Shown here piece after piece: positions 16,871 to 26,195 of a DNA stretch of 64,000 nucleotides. The stretch is from a virus. The notes under the pieces are model-generated. The model was not told the origin of the DNA. It worked only from the letters and a program-made list of their open reading frames with translations, and did not search any database. The stretch covers positions 1-64,000 of the IMG/VR virus record IMGVR_UViG_3300011116_000416; one strand, 5' to 3'. A program made the translations under genes and the position numbers. Numbering within the stretch: position 1 is the first letter of the stretch; every line of letters starts with the position of its first letter.

Positions 16871-17890
16871 ATGAAGATTTCTCGTATTGTATCTATCGTT
16901 CTTTCTATTGGTCTGTTGACCTCTACTACCCCAGCCTATGCTGGCGAATCTCTTGCTGGCAAGGGTTCTTCTTTTGCTTATAATGTTCTGGCTGTTTGTT
17001 CTGCAAACTATACAGTTGATGATGTAAATTATGTTTCAACTGGTTCTGGTACAGGTCGTACTGAATTTGCTGCTAAAAATGTTGAATGGGCTGCTACTGA
17101 TGCAGCATATACTTCTGGTTATCCAAACTTTAACTATGTAACCTTTCCACTATTCGGTGGACCAATCGCTTTTGCTTATTCAGCAGTTGGTGTTGGTGAC
17201 GGTCTAAACCTAACTCCACAAATTGTTTCTGGAATCCTAAAAGGAACAATCACTCGCTGGGACGATGCTGCAATTAAAGCTTTAAATCCTAGAGTTAAAC
17301 TTCCAAAAAAGGCAATAAAAGTTGCTTACAGAACATCTGGCTCAGGAACTAATACAAATCTAATTAACTATTTGCGTCAAACTGTTGGTGGCTGGACACC
17401 AGGTAGCGACATGGCTGCATCTTCTGGTGGATTAACAGCAAACTCAACATCGTTTGCAAACTCACAACTGCTAGCAACCTACATCGAAGACAACTCGAAC
17501 GCTTTCGGCTACTTTGACCTATCTGACGCAATCAACGCTGATGTCTCTATCGCAAAATTGAGAAACGCAGCTGGTTCATTTGTTGCACCTACCGCTAGTG
17601 CCGCAGGTAGATTTATTAACGCACAGACAATAAATCCCGATGGAACAATTACAATTGATTTTAACAAAACTGTTTCTGGTGCTTATCAATTATCTATCAT
17701 TACTTATGGACTAGCCCCAAAGAGACCTGATTCTCAAAAAACATCTAGTGGCAAAGGCTTGGCTATTCAAAAATGGTTTACTTACGTTGTTAGCACTTGC
17801 TTACCAGCTAAAGGTGCTGGCTTAGGATATTCTCCATTGTCAAGTTCTGTAAAATCAAAAACGTTAACGATTATTAAGTCTATTGGTTAA
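16871..17890 (+). CDS. pstS: Phosphate ABC transporter substrate-binding protein
   Basis: Signal peptide, GKGSSF, NYVSTGSGTG, WDDAAIKALNP, RTSGSGT, GAYQLSIITY. Confidence 0.9.
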   Translation: MKISRIVSIVLSIGLLTSTTPAYAGESLAGKGSSFAYNVLAVCSANYTVDDVNYVSTGSGTGRTEFAAKNVEWAATDAAYTSGYPNFNYVTFPLFGGPIAFAYSAVGVGDGLNLTPQIVSGILKGTITRWDDAAIKALNPRVKLPKKAIKVAYRTSGSGTNTNLINYLRQTVGGWTPGSDMAASSGGLTANSTSFANSQLLATYIEDNSNAFGYFDLSDAINADVSIAKLRNAAGSFVAPTASAAGRFINAQTINPDGTITIDFNKTVSGAYQLSIITYGLAPKRPDSQKTSSGKGLAIQKWFTYVVSTCLPAKGAGLGYSPLSSSVKSKTLTIIKSIG

Positions 17891-18573
17891 TTATCTTTAG
17901 TCTTTTGTTTTACCAAAGCAAGCATACGTTCTGGAGTAGAGGCTGAATAGTAAAGCCAATATAGTTCGATATTGCGAAGATGATTGAAGTTAAATCCAGG
18001 GTCATGTATTTGCTGGTCATGTCCTAAGCAATAGATATATCCATCATGCTTGACTATTTTTCTACCCTTGATGACAGAGTGTGCTAACTCAAATGCTGAG
18101 TCTTCCCCACCCCACTGAATAAACTTTTCATCCATACCGCCAACTGACCACCAAGCCTCTGGAGTACATACATAAATCCCACCATTGGCTTCCGTGTATA
18201 ATGTATGTTTAACTAATTTAATATCAGCACCATTAAAAATCTTATCTGTCATATCCTTATCAAAATACTTACAAAGTCTGTAAGGATTGTGAATCATGCC
18301 ATCTTTTTGGCATTCTTCTATAGCTTCGAGCAATGGCTCAATTTCGGGTAGTGTATCTGCATCATTAATTATAATAACGTCACAGTGAGCCTCCTGTGCC
18401 CTTTTTACCCCATCATTTCGACTGGCGGCTGCATTCCAAAATTCCCCTGGTCTATCAGAATAAAAGACCTCAATGTCTATTAAATTAGTTTGATACCAAT
18501 CAAGGACTGCCTCAAGTGGCTTTATCCTACTTGGCTGTTCTCTCCAAGGTATTACTAATCCTATCTTAGACAA
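17887..18573 (-). CDS. Glycosyltransferase (GT2/GT7-like)
   Basis: VIPWR, SRNDG, NDADT (DxD), GGMDEKFIQWGGED. Confidence 0.85.
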   Translation of the reverse strand: MSKIGLVIPWREQPSRIKPLEAVLDWYQTNLIDIEVFYSDRPGEFWNAAASRNDGVKRAQEAHCDVIIINDADTLPEIEPLLEAIEECQKDGMIHNPYRLCKYFDKDMTDKIFNGADIKLVKHTLYTEANGGIYVCTPEAWWSVGGMDEKFIQWGGEDSAFELAHSVIKGRKIVKHDGYIYCLGHDQQIHDPGFNFNHLRNIELYWLYYSASTPERMLALVKQKTKDN

Positions 18574-19432
18574 TGCCCTTCAGTGCCCTTTCGATACCCT
18601 CTTCCAAACTAATCTTTGGTGTATAGAATGATAGCATCTTGGCTGGGTTAGATATTCTGTTTAGCACTCCTACTGGAGCTGCTGGTAAATGCTTAAACTC
18701 TGGTGAATATCCCTCAATTTCACTAACAATCTTGGCTAACTCATTAAAAGTTGTTCTACGACCCCAACCAAGATTTACTGCCCCCTGGATATCCTGTCTG
18801 ATTGCTTCATCAACTGCGTTCACAACATCTATCATGTGAATAAAGTCTCTGCTCTGCTCTCCATCTCCCCAAATCTCAAATGGGTCCATGCGGTCTTTAG
18901 CCCTTTTTATGTAGCTGGGGAATGGGTAGTCAAGCGATTGGTCTGTTCCATACCCAGAGAATGGACGAAATACATGAACAGGGATGCCCTCAGCCTGTAC
19001 AAATTTGGCAAGGTACTCACCAGTTAGCTTAGACCAACCATAGGTGAGGTCTGGATTACTAATATCATCTAAATCAATCATTGACTCTGTAAGCAACTGC
19101 CAATTATTGTTTGTTTGATATTTAACAGGATAAGCAGCACTAGAACTAAAATAAACTATTCTTCCTGGTCTAGTTATTAATGCCCAGTTAAAGAAGTCTG
19201 AGTCAATTGCTAGGTCTGTTGCTACTGATAGAGGATTGCCTTCAATGGTTGCTCTACCACCAACAATTGCAGCAAGATGAATAACTAAATCATAATACTC
19301 TCTGTTGTTCTTAAAAAAGTCCCTGACATCATTTCCATCTGCTAGGTCAATTCCTGTTATATCGTGGTCAGCATACTTCTTAACAAAATACTTTCCAACA
19401 AATCCTTTGTGTCCTGTAATCAAAATCTTCAT
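18566..19432 (-). CDS. NAD-dependent nucleotide-sugar epimerase/dehydratase
   Basis: ITGHKGFVG, HLAAIVGG, FSSSAAY, YGWSK, RDFIH. Confidence 0.9.
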   Translation of the reverse strand: MKILITGHKGFVGKYFVKKYADHDITGIDLADGNDVRDFFKNNREYYDLVIHLAAIVGGRATIEGNPLSVATDLAIDSDFFNWALITRPGRIVYFSSSAAYPVKYQTNNNWQLLTESMIDLDDISNPDLTYGWSKLTGEYLAKFVQAEGIPVHVFRPFSGYGTDQSLDYPFPSYIKRAKDRMDPFEIWGDGEQSRDFIHMIDVVNAVDEAIRQDIQGAVNLGWGRRTTFNELAKIVSEIEGYSPEFKHLPAAPVGVLNRISNPAKMLSFYTPKISLEEGIERALKGIV

Positions 19433-20175
19433 GGCTTCTCCAATAAATCAAAATCGTATAGGTATCTATTGTGCTTGTTTTTTAATTTTGCTTGCTCTAT
19501 GTCAAATGGAAACACATAGTCATCGTTCTCGTCAATGGCTGCTCCTATGTGATTATCTGGATATCTATCTGGGCTGGGGAATCTTTTTTGTATGCTTCTT
19601 CCAGCAGGGTTGCACTCATAATGCTCGCTATGAAATAAACAATCGTCTTTAACAATTGGATAGACTTCTTCCGCCAAAAACGTCTGGTCAACGCCATAGA
19701 TGTAATATGGGTTTTCGTGAAAGAACTTTATCAACATCTTTTGCATGTTGCGTAGCTTATCTGTTCTACCACCAAACATACCACCAGAAATGAGATAGCC
19801 ATGACCAACAGGATGGTCTTTCATTATATGAAATGAAAAGTCTGTGGATAGCCATTCATTTACAGCCAGAATATCTCTGGCACTAATTCTGGCATCTACA
19901 TCTCTAACGATGGCTATATCAACTTCTGGGTCAGAAAATACTAAAAAGCGATAGGTCATTTTAAATAATCTAAGTTCTTCAAATCTAACAAAGATAACTT
20001 CGCAATTATCCATAAGAGTTAAAGTCTGAACAACCCACTGTGGAACTTCTTCATCAATGTAAAAACGACATTTCCAATCTGGCATATATTGTTTTGCAAG
20101 GACTGCATTTTTTATAGCCCCAATAGTATATCTTGGATTATTACCATACAAAGAATAAGAAATTACCTTTTTCAC
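19429..20175 (-). CDS. Putative glycosyltransferase-like protein
   Basis: ISYSLYG, RDVDAR (DxD), MKDHP.H, GGMFG, DQTFL; lies in the GT cluster. Confidence 0.6.
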   Translation of the reverse strand: MKKVISYSLYGNNPRYTIGAIKNAVLAKQYMPDWKCRFYIDEEVPQWVVQTLTLMDNCEVIFVRFEELRLFKMTYRFLVFSDPEVDIAIVRDVDARISARDILAVNEWLSTDFSFHIMKDHPVGHGYLISGGMFGGRTDKLRNMQKMLIKFFHENPYYIYGVDQTFLAEEVYPIVKDDCLFHSEHYECNPAGRSIQKRFPSPDRYPDNHIGAAIDENDDYVFPFDIEQAKLKNKHNRYLYDFDLLEKP

Positions 20176-20840
20176 TTTTTGGTAAGTCTCCTCAAGTCTT
20201 GGTCAAACTCTGTTTGAGAATAAAGCAAATAGGCATTCTGGTCAGCCTTATATAGTTCGGAACTATTTACCTCTAGGTATCCGTTATCGGCATCAGCCTT
20301 GCCAGCTACTGGGTGCATATGCTCAATAATTGTGTCAGCACTGTATCTGAGTGTGCCAAGCTCCTGACCCAAATCTTTCCAAAAATTATCTAGGAACAAA
20401 TGCTTCATAGCAGGTGGAGCCATAAAGCCCAAGGTGTTTACAATGCTTGACTTCATAAGTACTGCTGTTGGCAGATTCTCTCCTTGATACAAATCATTTC
20501 CATAAGCAATACCGTGCTCAACATCAGCAATTAAATCAACAAGCTTCTGGTCCCAGCCATACGTCCTTGGTCTATGGTCATCTCCCATAAAAGCAAGGTA
20601 CTCATAATCATTAGCATACTTATTAGCAATAAGATTAAGCGTACCATTCATCATTGCTCTTGGATTAACCTCATATATTACCCCATCAAAATGTGGATAT
20701 TCCATATCATCATCGTCTAGACCCAGCACAAGGTCTGTAATCGTGGAATTCTTTTTAAACTCCTCATAGAACTCTACCGCTTTTAGTGGTCTACCACGAG
20801 TTGGAACAATCAGTAAAACTTTATTCTTCATCTTCTTCAC
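20172..20840 (-). CDS. Glycosyltransferase family 2
   Basis: IVPTRGRP, FMGDDH, HLFLDN, IEHMHP. Confidence 0.8.
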   Translation of the reverse strand: MKKMKNKVLLIVPTRGRPLKAVEFYEEFKKNSTITDLVLGLDDDDMEYPHFDGVIYEVNPRAMMNGTLNLIANKYANDYEYLAFMGDDHRPRTYGWDQKLVDLIADVEHGIAYGNDLYQGENLPTAVLMKSSIVNTLGFMAPPAMKHLFLDNFWKDLGQELGTLRYSADTIIEHMHPVAGKADADNGYLEVNSSELYKADQNAYLLYSQTEFDQDLRRLTKK

Positions 20841-21147
20841 CTTCTAGGATTGCCAGAACGCTAACACTAAACAAAGATAAATATTCATCTTCATCATGCT
20901 TAAATGTCATTACACCACCTGGATTATACATAATCTTATCTCCAACTTTTACATCCATTGGAGCACGAACACCATTACGAAGCTGTCTGCCTTCGCCTAC
21001 AGCAACCACAATACCGATATTCTTATTCTCTTCATCCCCAAGATTAGCAAGGAACAGACCACTCTTAGTTTGCTCTGGCTCTGTCTTCTTTTCTTTCTTA
21101 ATGATAATGATATCTTCTGGTGCCTTAATCACGGTCCCACTCCCCAT
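20821..21147 (-). CDS. groES: Co-chaperonin GroES
   Basis: TKSGLFL, GIVVAVGEG, MDVKVGDKI, VLAIL. Confidence 0.85.
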   Translation of the reverse strand: MGSGTVIKAPEDIIIIKKEKKTEPEQTKSGLFLANLGDEENKNIGIVVAVGEGRQLRNGVRAPMDVKVGDKIMYNPGGVMTFKHDEDEYLSLFSVSVLAILEGEEDEE

Positions 21148-21457
21148 CTAAAACCAATAATGCGATAATTGCATAGTTAGCCATATCGATAAAAGAATCC
21201 CGAAGACTTTCATTTTCGGGGGCAGCACCAGAGTCATAAAGATTGTTAATACGAGCCAGCTTATCATGGATGCGTACCCTAAGTCCATTGATAGGACCTC
21301 CTGGGCTTGCCGATATATTCTTAGGTCCATAATCCCTATGCTTTCTCAGTAGCAGTTCTTCTGCCTCTATGTACTTGCTTGAGACAGCCTTTTCGAATGG
21401 TGTCTGTTCTGCTAACTTTACGATTACATCTGGTGTTAGTTCTGTTTCTCTTTGCAT
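21125..21457 (-). CDS. DUF1599 / nucleotide-modification-associated domain protein
   Basis: KHRDYG..NI, RIHDKLARINNL, ESLRDSFIDMANYAII. Confidence 0.75.
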   Translation of the reverse strand: MQRETELTPDVIVKLAEQTPFEKAVSSKYIEAEELLLRKHRDYGPKNISASPGGPINGLRVRIHDKLARINNLYDSGAAPENESLRDSFIDMANYAIIALLVLDGEWDRD

Positions 21458-21654
21458 TAATATACCTCATGCTCTACGCCATGCTTACTGTCTACATACT
21501 TGTGAATTTTGCGTAGTGTTCTAGCCTTTGCAAATGCGTATACTGCCAAAGCAAATACTGCATTCCAAAAGAACTCAGCAACAACATGCTCAATTCCAAA
21601 AGTTATTTCTACTATTGTATCCAATAGGCTTTCGCCCTCGTGTGCGTGTTCCAT
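21457..21654 (-). CDS. Small membrane protein
   Basis: One hydrophobic segment; His-rich ends. Confidence 0.6.
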   Translation of the reverse strand: MEHAHEGESLLDTIVEITFGIEHVVAEFFWNAVFALAVYAFAKARTLRKIHKYVDSKHGVEHEVY

Positions 21655-21807
21655 TATTCTTCTCCCTCGCAATTTAAAATTGCTTCTCTCTCTGTGTTGT
21701 AATTATTCCAACAATTATTGTCAAAATATCTAGCATTCATTATCATACCAATAACAACTAATATATTAATAATAACTGATATTATTACTAATGTTTTAAT
21801 TGTTTTT

Positions 21808-22158
21808 TCACTTATTTGGTGAGTCATCTTTAAGTAGCCATTCTACTAGTTTTGGGTTGTCTTTAAATACCGCCAATAAACCAGACTCGTACATGGCAAT
21901 AAAGTAATGTTCCCAAGTTTCAAAATCATCGTCTTTACTTGGCTTAGGCATACCATCATAGCTCATTCTTACAGCATGTAGCACTTCGTGTAGCAGTGTA
22001 ACCTGTTTCTTACCATTGCTTGCATCAGAACTTATTACGATAGTGTTAGAATTATCCAGGGTATAGCCATAGGCACCCTCGTTAAGCATACCGTCTTCTT
22101 TAGGACTGCGTTCAACAATAGTGAACTTCTGTGGACCTACCTTAACTGATTTAACCAT
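21808..22158 (-). CDS. HExxH metallopeptidase-like phage protein
   Basis: TLLHEVLHA motif. Confidence 0.7.
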   Translation of the reverse strand: MVKSVKVGPQKFTIVERSPKEDGMLNEGAYGYTLDNSNTIVISSDASNGKKQVTLLHEVLHAVRMSYDGMPKPSKDDDFETWEHYFIAMYESGLLAVFKDNPKLVEWLLKDDSPNK

Positions 22159-22379
22159 TATCTTATCTTTCTAATAATCTCGATTGCTTTTTCCATACCA
22201 GCAGTCACATTCTTATTCTGATTTGGATTGCTTTGAATATTCTTTTGAAGTGTAGCAAGAATTACCTTACGTTGTTCTGCAATTGCTTTCTTTCTACCCA
22301 CTTCGAATCCCTCACTCCAACCATCATTATGACCAATAGAATAGCCTAAATTATACCTACGCTTAAAGAATTTTTTCAT
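22158..22379 (-). CDS. Hypothetical protein
   Basis: ORF track; probably leaderless (GGTAAAAT upstream). Confidence 0.6.
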   Translation of the reverse strand: MKKFFKRRYNLGYSIGHNDGWSEGFEVGRKKAIAEQRKVILATLQKNIQSNPNQNKNVTAGMEKAIEIIRKIR

Positions 22380-22410
22380 AAGTCTATTTTACCCTAAAAG
22401 GTCATATGTG

Positions 22411-22659
22411 TCAAGCAAATAGGGATAATATCTTATCTTCTGTGGCTGTTCCCTTATGGAAGGTTTCTTTGCCATCTACCTTAGCGATAAAGGCTGGAAC
22501 TCCAGTAATACCATGTTCCTGGAAAACGCTTACATCTTTGTCAGCATCATACTTTATATAATTAATGTCTGGATTCTCACTAAGAATCTTATCAATCATA
22601 GGCTGCATCTGCTTACAAGGCTGACACCAAGTAGCACTAAAATGAATTAGCTCTTTCAT
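22411..22659 (-). CDS. trxA: Thioredoxin
   Basis: FSATWCQPCK, GITGVPAF. Confidence 0.9.
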   Translation of the reverse strand: MKELIHFSATWCQPCKQMQPMIDKILSENPDINYIKYDADKDVSVFQEHGITGVPAFIAKVDGKETFHKGTATEDKILSLFA

Positions 22660-23897
22660 CGTGCCCTTAATGTTTTTATCTTGTGTCCAACTAGAGTATC
22701 TGTTGGCTTGCCATCACGATAAATTCTAATAACTGCTGCTGGGTCTTCTGGTGTACCGCTCACAGTGAAGTCAGAGTTTGGAACGTTATATTTACCATTA
22801 CGAATAATTCTAACAATCTTGCCAGTGGCAGTGCCGCCAGACGAATTCCAAGATACCATATCACCAACGCCAACTCCTTTATAAACTAATGTTTCTTCTC
22901 TAGAATAATCTTTACCAAAATCAGCAAACAGTGCTTTATCTTTCATTCTGTTTACGATTGCTCGTGACCATGTGAAGCCAGCATCGCCGCCCCAAGCGTC
23001 CCACATTATTCTACCGTTCGAAGGATTGCTTGTGTTATAGAAGTCTTTACCCTTTTTGTCTACCTCGTGACGAGAGAAGAATGAGTACATCCTTCGTACC
23101 ACGCTTAATGACATTGAGCGACCTGCTACAATATCTCTTGCTCTACCCCAACCAACTGGAGTACCTGCACCTGTAGCCTTCCCCTGTTCTTTCCAACGGA
23201 TAGCACGAGCAGCTGCTGCCTTCATACCAGAAGTAGGAGTATAGCCTTCAGCCTTATCCATTTCATTTTCCATCTCGTCTTCTTCATCTTCTTCTTCCAT
23301 CTCTAATTCTAAATCTGGAATCTTTTCTGCATCAGACATTAGCATACCAATTGAGTATGCGGTTGGCTCCCAGACACCTTCGTCTTCTTCGAATACTCTA
23401 ACAGCCATTGCTGGATTTTCTGGGGTAGACTGAATAGCATACTCTGTGCCTGGAATACCATACACGCCACCTTCAGTCATTACATGCTCAACAAGACCAA
23501 CAACCGTACCCTCTGATGTCATACCACGAACATAATCGCCTTCAGCAATAGGGAGTGCTTTATACATTGCACTAATGGCTGTGCCTCCACTACTTACGGC
23601 ACCAGAAGCAGACTGACCATTACCACCCTGCATTCTTTTTGGTTTACGAATCTTAACTTTCTTACCACCACGCATTGAGTCTGGTGTTCTTACTCCAACA
23701 TTTGGATATTTTGGATTAGGGGTAGATGATGGATTTACCCCTGTATCTGCTTTATCAGCTTCAGAAGCGTAAAGGGCTTGCACTTGTGCTGCTGCCTCTG
23801 CTTGTGTTGTGTGGCATCCCATCACTTCGCCACCTTCTTTTACTACTGGATATCCTGAGCATCCGTATGAACCTTTTTGTCCTACTGCATATGGCAT
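22656..23897 (-). CDS. Multidomain, probably virion-associated protein
   Basis: Modules: GCH...AAAQ..ALYASE; SH3-like GD.V; GTPVGWGRA...RMYSFFSRH...WDAWGGDAG; VGDMVSWNSSGG..GKI. Confidence 0.7.
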   Translation of the reverse strand: MPYAVGQKGSYGCSGYPVVKEGGEVMGCHTTQAEAAAQVQALYASEADKADTGVNPSSTPNPKYPNVGVRTPDSMRGGKKVKIRKPKRMQGGNGQSASGAVSSGGTAISAMYKALPIAEGDYVRGMTSEGTVVGLVEHVMTEGGVYGIPGTEYAIQSTPENPAMAVRVFEEDEGVWEPTAYSIGMLMSDAEKIPDLELEMEEEDEEDEMENEMDKAEGYTPTSGMKAAAARAIRWKEQGKATGAGTPVGWGRARDIVAGRSMSLSVVRRMYSFFSRHEVDKKGKDFYNTSNPSNGRIMWDAWGGDAGFTWSRAIVNRMKDKALFADFGKDYSREETLVYKGVGVGDMVSWNSSGGTATGKIVRIIRNGKYNVPNSDFTVSGTPEDPAAVIRIYRDGKPTDTLVGHKIKTLRAR

Positions 23898-24361
23898 TAG
23901 TCTTCCATCTCCATTTCATTCTCTGGCTCTTCCATGCTTGCACGAAGTTGCCAACAGAATTTCTGAGATGCTGTTTGCCTATCTGCAAAGAAGTTTGCCA
24001 ATCCATATTGTTTAGCATTGTTAGCCATATCACTTGCAAGAACAAGGTCTTCGATATGCTTTTCAATTGTGTCATACAGGTCTTCAATCATTGGTTCTGG
24101 TTCTCCAACCAATACTGGTTCTGATACCGTGCTCAAATCAAAAAAGTCTGCAAGTCTGTATGGTGAATAAGCTTTTAACATACGCAACCATTCTGCGTAT
24201 TCGTCTGTTGCACCATCAAAATCTTCATAAATTTCTGCAAAAAAATCGTGTAATTGTTTAAAGTCATCGGACTCTACGTTCCAGTGATAGCCATGTGCTT
24301 TAAATTTAATAGCAATATTGTTTGCTAGAAGCACCCTAAGTGCCGATAATAATTGTTCCAT
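23897..24361 (-). CDS. dps: Dps / ferritin-like DNA protection protein
   Basis: KAHGYHWNV..F.QLHDFF.EIY, D.YAE.LR, K..WQLRAS. Confidence 0.85.
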   Translation of the reverse strand: MEQLLSALRVLLANNIAIKFKAHGYHWNVESDDFKQLHDFFAEIYEDFDGATDEYAEWLRMLKAYSPYRLADFFDLSTVSEPVLVGEPEPMIEDLYDTIEKHIEDLVLASDMANNAKQYGLANFFADRQTASQKFCWQLRASMEEPENEMEMED

Positions 24362-24416
24362 TTGACAATTATACCATAATAAGTGGGCAGTTTTTAGTCA
24401 TACCCAGGACCGCTAA

Positions 24417-24821
24417 TTACTTGATAGTAATAGTCTTGGGCTTCTTTTCCTCTGGAATATTGATAACTAAATCAATAGTCAGAATGCCGTGCTTTAGTTC
24501 AGCCTTAGCGACTTCAGCGTATTCTGGTAGAGTAAATGAACGAGAGAACTTACGACCAGCAATACCCTTATAAACATAGCGGATATCTTCTGGTAGTTCT
24601 TTGTCCTCCTTAGTTTCACCACTGACTGTTAGGACATTCTTGTCTGTAGTGATTGTGATGTCATCTTTCTCAAATCCAGCAAGAGCGAATTCAAGATACC
24701 ATTCGTTCTTATCCTTTGAGTAGATTACATTATAGGGTGGGTATGTAGCCTTAATTGGCTGTGCAAACAACTTATCAAATTCCTGACTAAGCGTTGCGAA
24801 TGGGTCTGTATAGATTACCAT
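24417..24821 (-). CDS. Small heat-shock protein Hsp20 (IbpA-like)
   Basis: YPPYNV, LEFALAGF, YKGIAGRKFSRSFTL, GILTIDL, PEEKKPKTI. Confidence 0.92.
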   Translation of the reverse strand: MVIYTDPFATLSQEFDKLFAQPIKATYPPYNVIYSKDKNEWYLEFALAGFEKDDITITTDKNVLTVSGETKEDKELPEDIRYVYKGIAGRKFSRSFTLPEYAEVAKAELKHGILTIDLVINIPEEKKPKTITIK

Positions 24822-24876
24822 TTATATCATCTCCTTATTAAGCGAGTTATTTTTGTACCCCCAATAGGCAGGTACA
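24822..24876 (-). promoter_or_regulatory. ROSE-like RNA thermometer in the hsp20 5' UTR
   Basis: mRNA CUC-G-CUU-aau-AAG-GAG hairpin sequesters the SD with a bulged G; upstream GUACC...GGUAC hairpin; TGCTATAAT promoter at 24882-24890. Confidence 0.65.
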
Positions 24877-24933
24877 TATTTATTATAGCAAAAAAGGACA
24901 GGCTTTGCACCTGTCCCTCAATGCTTACTAAGA

Positions 24934-25215
24934 CTACTTCTTAGCAGGTGTCTTCTTGGCAGGTGCCTTCTTGACTGGTGCCTTCTTAGGCGTTGCCTTG
25001 GCTAGTGCATCCTTGATGTCACTTTCCTTTGGAACAACACCGAATGCTTTGTCATTTGGATTTACTGCTCTAAGAACTACTGGTAATACAGCAGCGACTA
25101 GTGACCATGCTAGGTCTAGTGGGTCAGTCAGTCCAGCAAGATAAAGAGCTGCGGCTGCTGATAGAACGCTACGACCATATGATGCCAGTAGTGCCTTTAG
25201 TTGAACTACGTTCAT
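24934..25215 (-). CDS. Holin-like membrane protein with PAKK-rich tail
   Basis: Two TM segments, RAVNPNDKAFG, C-terminal KKAPVKKAPAKKTPAKK; start MNVVQ after AAGGAG. Confidence 0.55.
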   Translation of the reverse strand: MNVVQLKALLASYGRSVLSAAAALYLAGLTDPLDLAWSLVAAVLPVVLRAVNPNDKAFGVVPKESDIKDALAKATPKKAPVKKAPAKKTPAKK

Positions 25216-25228
25216 TTGTTTCTCCTTG

Positions 25229-25675
25229 TTAGTTGTTTGGTGTTTCATTGTTCTTTGGCAAAAGACTTTGTAGTTTTTTATATGCCAAAGAAATCTCTAA
25301 TAATCTATCACGAAATACGTTGTCCTGAATAGCTGAACCATATGTTTCTGTCCACCTTAAAATTGGAGCAACTATTTCATCAAATTCTTCAAGTGCTTCT
25401 TGTACTTCTTCAATATAGTCAAAAGCCCAGTCACGAGAAGTAGAAAGAAACTTTACGAAACCATCACTTTCAGACAGTTCTCGTAATGCCTTTTCTTCTT
25501 GCAACGTTGTTATTTCCATTCCAAGTAGTTTTTTGTCTAGTTCTGCCTGAATGTATCTTGCAAAAAGTTCTTTGTTGTTTACCCTTGCCCTGTATACAAA
25601 ATATAACAATACCGAAACAAGAATTGTGTATACAGCATATAAAACTATGTCTATGCTAAAGCCCCATTGAGTCAT
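25229..25675 (-). CDS. Membrane-anchored hypothetical protein
   Basis: N-terminal TM, FVKFLSTSRDWAFDYIE. Confidence 0.7.
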   Translation of the reverse strand: MTQWGFSIDIVLYAVYTILVSVLLYFVYRARVNNKELFARYIQAELDKKLLGMEITTLQEEKALRELSESDGFVKFLSTSRDWAFDYIEEVQEALEEFDEIVAPILRWTETYGSAIQDNVFRDRLLEISLAYKKLQSLLPKNNETPNN

Positions 25676-25905
25676 TCTTCTAGTGCCTTTCTAACCACAA
25701 AGACAACAGTTCCAAAAGACTCTAAAGTTCTCTTTACATCGTTTACATATTTTACAGCATCTAGTTTAGCTTCATCAGATAGTTTAATTAAATCTTTTGG
25801 GTCAACTTCTACTGTAATAAAATCTGGATTTTCGTATAGAACAACTCCAAATCCTTCTGGTGCCTTGATTGCTTTAAATGCAGATGCCATTTCTGGTGTA
25901 TACAT
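25672..25905 (-). CDS. Hypothetical protein
   Basis: ORF track; coupled to neighbours. Confidence 0.7.
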   Translation of the reverse strand: MYTPEMASAFKAIKAPEGFGVVLYENPDFITVEVDPKDLIKLSDEAKLDAVKYVNDVKRTLESFGTVVFVVRKALEE

Positions 25906-26195
25906 CAGTATTCCTTATCTGTTGTTAGATATTGCCAGGTGTTAGCCCAGTCTTGCTTTGTCTTATGTTTATTAAATTCTCTGGATACTTTACCCTTATC
26001 AAGATAAATACCGCCCCAAACCCCATAAGCCTTTTGGGATACTCCAACTGCAAAACATATTCTAGCCATAGGACAAATTGAACAAAGAGAGTCAATCTCT
26101 TTTCTTACCTCGACATCTTCTTCATATTTTTCAAAGAATAGTTCGACATCTTCCCCAGCACAAATTGCTTCGTCTTTCCAATTCTCATTCGGCAT
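25905..26195 (-). CDS. whiB: WhiB-family transcription factor
   Basis: W...AIC...LFF...CSICPM...C...GVWGG; four Cys plus GVWGG. Confidence 0.92.
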   Translation of the reverse strand: MPNENWKDEAICAGEDVELFFEKYEEDVEVRKEIDSLCSICPMARICFAVGVSQKAYGVWGGIYLDKGKVSREFNKHKTKQDWANTWQYLTTDKEY

